Assembly: GCF_006345805.1 (NCBI RefSeq)
Contig: NW_021826678.1
Location: 1 to 12,443, forward strand
DNA length: 12,443 bases
Reading direction: 5' to 3'
From: Octopus sinensis
Taxonomy: Eukaryota
Within the stretch, counting starts at the first letter, position 1; the number at the start of each line of letters is the position of its first letter. Below are positions 8,571 through 12,443 of the stretch, one piece after another. Below the pieces are notes generated by a model. It was not told the origin of the DNA, did not search any database, and saw only the letters and a list, made by a program, of their open reading frames with translations. The translations under genes were made by a program, and so were the position numbers.

Positions 8571-8740
8571 ACCTTATAAAGATAATAATTATTTGAAATT
8601 ATAAATTAGGGTATCTGAGAGATGCCAACACGCTGAAATAGCAGTCAAAACCTGACCCTAAAGCCATATTAAATGTTCATATAGCACTAGGAGAGTAGAC
8701 AGATAGACAAAATAAACTAGCAAAATGTTTTACTGGATAA

Positions 8741-8797
8741 TTCCAGATCCTGGATTTTTGGCTTTGCATAAGAGATGCTCTGCCTTCATCAGTGGAA
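8741..8797 (-). ncRNA. Degenerate type-I hammerhead (family C), G12 lost
   Basis: Minus strand: TTCCA | CTGATGA | A GGC (19 nt) GCC | AAAAA TCC A GGA T C | TGGAA. Stems I, II and III all pair, and the AUC site is at 8748-8746, but GAAA reads AAAA. Confidence 0.6.
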
Positions 8798-9127
8798 TAT
8801 ACTCAGATAGCACATAAATACAAATATATATACATACAACATACGATATACTTACATATACGAGCGTCTATACATACCTATATATGCACGTATGTATACA
8901 ACCAGCTTAAATTGCCCTCCTAACAGCTCATATACTTATTTAAAGAATATATAATATTATATATATAATATACTATATATTAATATATATATATATATAT
9001 ATATTATTCTATATATGATAATATATATATTAGTTATTTAATGTGAAACAAGGTGGAAAAAAAGAGTACTCAAATACCGGAGATAGAGTAATATGCTTTA
9101 TTTAAAAGCAACAGAAATATAACAAAG

Positions 9128-9169
9128 CTGTTACTCAGAGTTTCCCGTTTCCGTTCGTCGGACAGTTTT
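9128..9169 (-). ncRNA. Type-I hammerhead, family B, variant core CCGACGA
   Basis: Minus strand: AAAACTGT | CCGACGA | A CG GAAA CG G | GAAAC TC T GA GT A | ACAG. The GUA site is at 9134-9132, and U4 is replaced by C. Confidence 0.7.
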
Positions 9170-9183
9170 GTAAAAATGTTAAC

Positions 9184-9214
9184 AAAACTGTCCGACGAAC
9201 GGGAACGTGAAACT
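9184..9214 (+). ncRNA. Truncated hammerhead, family B (cleavage site deleted)
   Basis: AAAACTGT | CCGACGA | A CG GGAA CG T | GAAAC T, followed by the 12-bp deletion that removes the 3' strand of stem III, the GUA site and the 3' strand of stem I. Confidence 0.65.
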
Positions 9215-9315
9215 TTTGTTATATTTCTGCTACTTTTAAATAAGGCATTTTACTCTACCTCTGGTATTTGAGCACTCTTTATTTCCACCTTGTTTCACAT
9301 TTATGTGCTTACTCC

Positions 9316-9480
9316 GTGTGTGTGTATGTATGTGTGTGCATTCGTTGCGTGTGTGTGTGCGCATGTGTGTATGTGTATGTATGTATGTATGTGTGTATAT
9401 GTGTGTGTGTGTGTATGCGTTCGTACGTGTGTGTGTATATATGTGTACGTAGAATATATTTTATATGCACGTACACACAC
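9316..9480. repeat. Degenerate (TG)n/(TATG)n simple repeat
   Basis: Direct reading of the sequence. Confidence 0.95.
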
Positions 9481-9703
9481 ATGACATTTTATACTATGTG
9501 AGAATTCAGCTATCCATATTTATGATATATACATATGTATAACTGCATATATATATATTCGTGTATGTATATATAAAGATTTTCCTTAAGTATAGCGACA
9601 CTACTGTCCTGATATTACAATTCAATATATAGAACAGAGCAGAATATGAAATTAAACAAATGACAAGAGAAGAGGAATTGCGTTATCAATTCCATTGGCT
9701 TAC

Positions 9704-9768
9704 TGCTGTTTCGGCTGCAAGACGCCGCGTAAACAGAGATGTGCGCTTATGCATCACATGCAATGCAG
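9704..9768 (-). CDS. Candidate 65-nt internal exon, product unknown
   Basis: Minus strand: branch-like GCTAAC, then ATCTGTTTCTGCTTCAAG acceptor and GCA|GTAAGC donor. Only one frame is open (2 nt + ALHVMHKRTSLFTRRLAAETA). Confidence 0.4.
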
Positions 9769-9849
9769 CTTGAAGCAGAAACAGATGTTAGCGAATGAAA
9801 TGAGTTACGTAATGCCTTTTTCCTTGTCATTTATTTAATTACATTCAAG

Positions 9850-9914
9850 CTATACATACATACATGTGTATATATATTTGTATGTATATGATTGTATATA
9901 TATATATATGTATT

Positions 9915-9946
<32 letters not shown>

Positions 9947-10025
9947 TATATACATATATATATAACGTATCTTCTATATACACACACACACACACACACA
10001 CAACACACACACACATAATATATAT
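9850..10025. repeat. Compound (TA)n/(CA)n simple repeat
   Basis: Direct reading of the sequence. Confidence 0.95.
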
Positions 10026-10095
10026 TGTAGGTCCCGGGTTGAATCGGGGTTAACCACAGTAAATAGGTACTCAATACATAGCAGAGTAAATTAAT

Positions 10096-10219
10096 TTATT
10101 TTATAGAAGGAGCTTCTACAGGACTAGAACTGTTTCATTCAAAAGAAATCATCAGGAAGCCTGATGATTTCTTTTGAATGAAAAGTTCTAGTCCTGTAGA
10201 AGCTCCTTCTATAAAATAA
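10096..10219. repeat. Near-perfect 124-bp palindrome (family D fold-back with a hammerhead motif in each arm)
   Basis: Arms 10096-10156 (61 nt) and 10160-10219 (60 nt) differ only by a 1-nt deletion. The spacer is AAG. Confidence 0.97.
10112..10160 (-). ncRNA. Type-I hammerhead ribozyme with intact canonical core (family D)
   Basis: Minus strand: GCTTC | CTGATGA | T TTC TTTT GAA T | GAAA CAG TTCTAGTC CTG T A | GAAGC. Stem I has 5 bp, stem III is ACAG/CUGU, and predicted cleavage after GUA is between 10117 and 10116. Confidence 0.85.
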
Positions 10220-10321
10220 TATAATATATATATATATATACTCACACATGTATATGCATGTATATTCATATACACAAGCGCGCATGCACACACGCATTTA
10301 TATATCTATTGGTGTGTGCGT

Positions 10322-10384
10322 ATCTTTCTTTCTTTCCTTCTTTCTTTCTTTCTCTCTCTCTCTCTCTTTCTTTCTCTCTTTCTT
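10322..10384. repeat. (CTTT)n/(CT)n polypyrimidine tract
   Basis: Direct reading of the sequence. Confidence 0.9.
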
Positions 10385-10674
10385 CCAGTCTAATTCTCGT
10401 CTTGTTTGTCCTGTCCGTCCTCTAAAGTCTGCTGTCTGTCGAGTTCCATTATATGTTTCACGTCACAAGTAATGAAGAATTCCTGTGAAATTGTCTACAA
10501 CCAAGCTAAATTCCTCAATATCTAGACATAGTTATAAAGCAGATACACAGACAGACAGACAGTTATATTCAGCCTTTGTAGTCTTAACATTGTCGTTTAA
10601 AACATCAAGCTGAGTTAACGCAAGCATCCATCTTATTTTTCGCGTTTTGTTTGTAATATTCTTTATCTTTTAGG

Positions 10675-10915
10675 CTTTTACATGTTTCAGACGTTCAACA
10701 GCGGCCATGCTGGAGCACTGCCATAAAGAGTTTAGTCGAACAAAGTGTCTCTGCTTAGGTCTTTTTCGTTTGTTTATTTTTTTTTTCTTCTTTAAAAAAA
10801 TGTCTGTAATTCTTCTATCAGCTTCATTTTACTGAACTAAGGTATGGCAGCGTGAACAAAGCTACACCGGCTGTCAAGCGGTGGTGTTGCGGTACGAAAG
10901 ACAAACACAAAGACA
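10675..10915 (-). mobile_element. Old, diverged 3' half of the OK-like SINE
   Basis: GGCCATGCTGGAGCAC.GCC, TTTAGTCGA.CAAA and GTCAAGCG..GGTG match the reverse complement of 5880-6065. Confidence 0.7.
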
Positions 10916-10988
10916 GACACTCACACACACACACACATCATACGTATGTGTGTGTATAGACATATATATATATATATATATATTGTTA

Positions 10989-11082
10989 TGTCTGGGGAGA
11001 GTCATTCTCTTTTAGTGCCTTATTATTTAACAGACTCACCGGTGAGTGTGTTAAATAATAACTCACTGACTCTCCCCAGACA
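10989..11082. repeat. Nested inverted repeat (short fold-back)
   Basis: Outer arms TGTCTGGGGAGAGTCA (10989-11004) and TGACTCTCCCCAGACA (11067-11082). The inner palindrome 11020-11061 is centred on ACTCACCGGTGAGT, with one mismatch. Confidence 0.92.
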
Positions 11083-11094
11083 GCCATATATATA

Positions 11095-11220
11095 TCTCTA
11101 TATATATAAAACTGAGAATGTGTGTCTGTCTCTGTGTTTCCCTAAAACTTGAGAACTACACAACCAATTCCATTCAAATTTTACACATGCCACACTTAGG
11201 GTCCAAGGAGTGTCATGGGC
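11095..11220 (+). mobile_element. Helitron-like 5' end (non-autonomous fragment)
   Basis: A|TCTCTATATATATAAAA...TGTGTCTGTC...AAAACTTGAGAACTACACAACCAATT...TCAAATTTTACAC resembles metazoan non-autonomous Helitron 5' termini (TC start after A). No hairpin+CTAG 3' end was found. Confidence 0.6.
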
Positions 11221-11386
11221 TCGCTCTGGCGACCAGAGTTCGCTCTGGGCTCACTGTCCAAGGCTAAAACACCACAGTGAGCGCTATGGCGACCAGAGCT
11301 CGCTCTGGGCTCACTGTCCAAGACTACGACACCACAGTGAGCGCTATGGCGACCAGAGCTCGCTCTGGACTCACTGTCCAAGGCTA
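11221..11386 (+). repeat. 60-bp tandem minisatellite, about 2.8 copies, each unit a double hairpin
   Basis: The period is exactly 60 (11221, 11281, 11341). Unit = CCAGAG-CTCG-CTCTGG + GCTCACTGT-(16 nt)-ACAGTGAGC + 10-nt linker. Confidence 0.97.
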
Positions 11387-11410
11387 TGGCGATGGTCTCA
11401 CCATTATAGA

Positions 11411-11433
11411 GGGCTGGGCTGGGCTCGGCTGGG
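11411..11433 (+). other. Putative G-quadruplex in a (GGGCT)n-like run
   Basis: GGG CT GGG CT GGG CTCGGCT GGG. Confidence 0.5.
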
Positions 11434-11614
11434 CTCGGCTTAAAGAAATAATTTCAATTATATATAGAGAACTATCGCGAAGGCAGCATAAAAGAACAAC
11501 CCTTCCCCAGTCGTTGGCAGTTTTAGCTACTCCGCATTGCAACGAGATGCGTCTTCGTCAATGCAATTGCTACCCCAAAGCAAATTAAAAAAAAAATTGA
11601 GATACGTGGAACGT

Positions 11615-11692
11615 CTACGCTGCTAACAAAAACAGGACAGTGAAAACATTCGGTAAGGGCTGTTTAACCCTAACGAGGTGAAGTGGTGAACG
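11615..11692 (-). CDS. Candidate terminal coding exon (RSPLHLVRVKQPLPNVFTVLFLLAA*)
   Basis: Strong acceptor GCTTTCTTTCTCCAG at 11693-11707. It is in phase with the exon at 11813-11960 across a 120-nt intron, with a TAG stop at 11617-11615. Confidence 0.4.
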   Translation of the reverse strand, partial: RSPLHLVRVKQPLPNVFTVLFLLAA

Positions 11693-11812
11693 CTGGAGAA
11701 AGAAAGCTTTGTCAACAGACATTTAGAAATAGATCTATAATTATTGAGGATAGAATTACAGTTAGAAAGATATAACTTTAAATATTGAATTATGCATAAA
11801 GTGCTGACTTAC

Positions 11813-11960
11813 ATTCGGTGCTTCCAATTTCTCTGTAAAATATAAAATAGTCGCAAAATCATCGCATATGTCACCATCGATTACAAACACCGGTGGAAGA
11901 TAAAAGTTCCAGATGACTTTCTTGTTCTTTCGTTCGTACAAGGATCGTATTATGTTTCGG
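11813..11960 (-). CDS. Candidate 148-nt internal coding exon, product unidentified
   Basis: TTTATTTTAAG acceptor, AAT|GTAAGT consensus donor, and an open frame of 1 nt + 49 codons: RNIIRSLYERKNKKVIWNFYLPPVFVIDGDICDDFATILYFTEKLEAPN. The sequence is non-repetitive with AT-rich flanks. Confidence 0.65.
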
Positions 11961-12265
11961 CTTAAAATAAATTATAGATACAAATATAATGTATAGAAAT
12001 ATATAAAAACCAGAATAGAAAATAAACGTCTTAGGCATATAAAATGAGATAACATGAGATATCAAGATGGTTATAAACTTGAAACCTACTAGATATCATA
12101 GATTAATATATATCAAGTCATCCAGTCAGTTCTGTCCAATTTTACCTTTTTTTTTTTAGATTTGAATGAAATTAATAGTATTTGTAAATGTCTAATTCAA
12201 TTAAAAATTATTTTTATGCATTTGTGTACGTTTAAAAACTAATTCAATATTGTTTTACATAATAA

Positions 12266-12443
12266 TAGGGTATCCACAAGTCTGCGTACCTGTGAATTAA
12301 CACATACTTTTAAAACAAAACAATTTTATTTAATTATAATGTTAATAATAATATTTTCAAAGTGATTTCCATCATTTTCAATGCATAACTTGATGCGCCT
12401 TGCAACATTCAGGTGAACTTGATTAAATAAGTCTGCATTGCCA
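12266..12443 (-). mobile_element. 3' end of a Tc1/mariner-superfamily transposon (transposase C-terminus plus TIR)
   Basis: The minus strand from 12442 reads GNADLFNQVHLNVARRIKLCIENDGNHFENII, matching the R...CI...G.HFE C-terminal signature. A candidate TIR TA|GGGTATCCACAAGTCTGCGTACC starts at 12266-12268. Confidence 0.75.

Larger units (their letters stand above)
9040..9301. mobile_element. Fold-back (palindromic) family B element with a hammerhead motif in each arm
   Basis: Arms at about 9040-9171 and 9182-9301 are reverse complements with scattered substitutions, a 10-nt spacer, and a 12-bp deletion (GCTGTTACTCAG equivalent) in the right arm. Confidence 0.9.

Noticed and set aside
8604-8642. 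CTGAGAGA...GAAATAGC hammerhead-like string
   Set aside because: The core does not match CUGANGA, and no stem I or III pairing is found.
9695-9740. Minus-strand GGC...GCC GAAAC AGCA GTA hammerhead-like string
   Set aside because: The core is CTGTTTA and stem I does not pair; the segment is better explained as an exon and donor.
1170-10472. The many ORFs rich in YI/CV/HT/MYVC (for example 1170-1739, 1774-2101, 5440-6172, 7048-7470, 9268-9501, 9831-10074)
   Set aside because: They are translations of (TA)n, (CA)n and (CATA)n microsatellites, which lack stops in some frames.
10390-10530. Possible intermediate minus-strand exon bridging 11813 and 9768
   Set aside because: Open stretches end in stops and no GT donor with a suitable phase was found.
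11221-11386. CRISPR-like array and its ORFs (11196-11381, 11210-11443, 11277-11588)
   Set aside because: The units are near-identical over their full length with no unique spacers, the context is eukaryotic with no cas genes, and the ORFs are in-frame 60-bp repeat translations.
11871-12065. Supplied 64-aa minus-strand ORF
   Set aside because: It overlaps the candidate exon in a different frame and its N-terminal half is AT-rich intron-like sequence; the spliced frame fits the splice signals better.

Overview
This is AT-rich, microsatellite-saturated eukaryotic genomic DNA. It is most likely from an octopod or other cephalopod, inferred from the (TA)n/(CATA)n/(CA)n load and from tRNA-derived SINE families resembling the octopus OK/OR types (recalled, not searched). 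Most of the window is a mosaic of decayed mobile DNA: a frameshifted maT/DD37D-type Tc1/mariner transposase (161-1054); a frameshifted Penelope-like element (PLE) with RT (YRDD) and GIY-YIG domains on the minus strand (4170-5335); several SINEs; a Helitron-type 5' end followed by a 60-bp hairpin array; and the end of a second Tc1/mariner element at the right edge. Three candidate exons with good splice signals lie on the minus strand (11813-11960, 11615-11692, 9704-9768); their product is unidentified. The most striking signal is seven to eight minimal type-I hammerhead ribozyme motifs from about four distinct sequence families. Two have an intact canonical core (3059-3105 and 10112-10160, both minus strand). 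Several sit in short fold-back elements with one ribozyme copy per arm, next to (TA)n arrays. Nearly all ORFs in the supplied track are artefacts of simple or tandem repeats.
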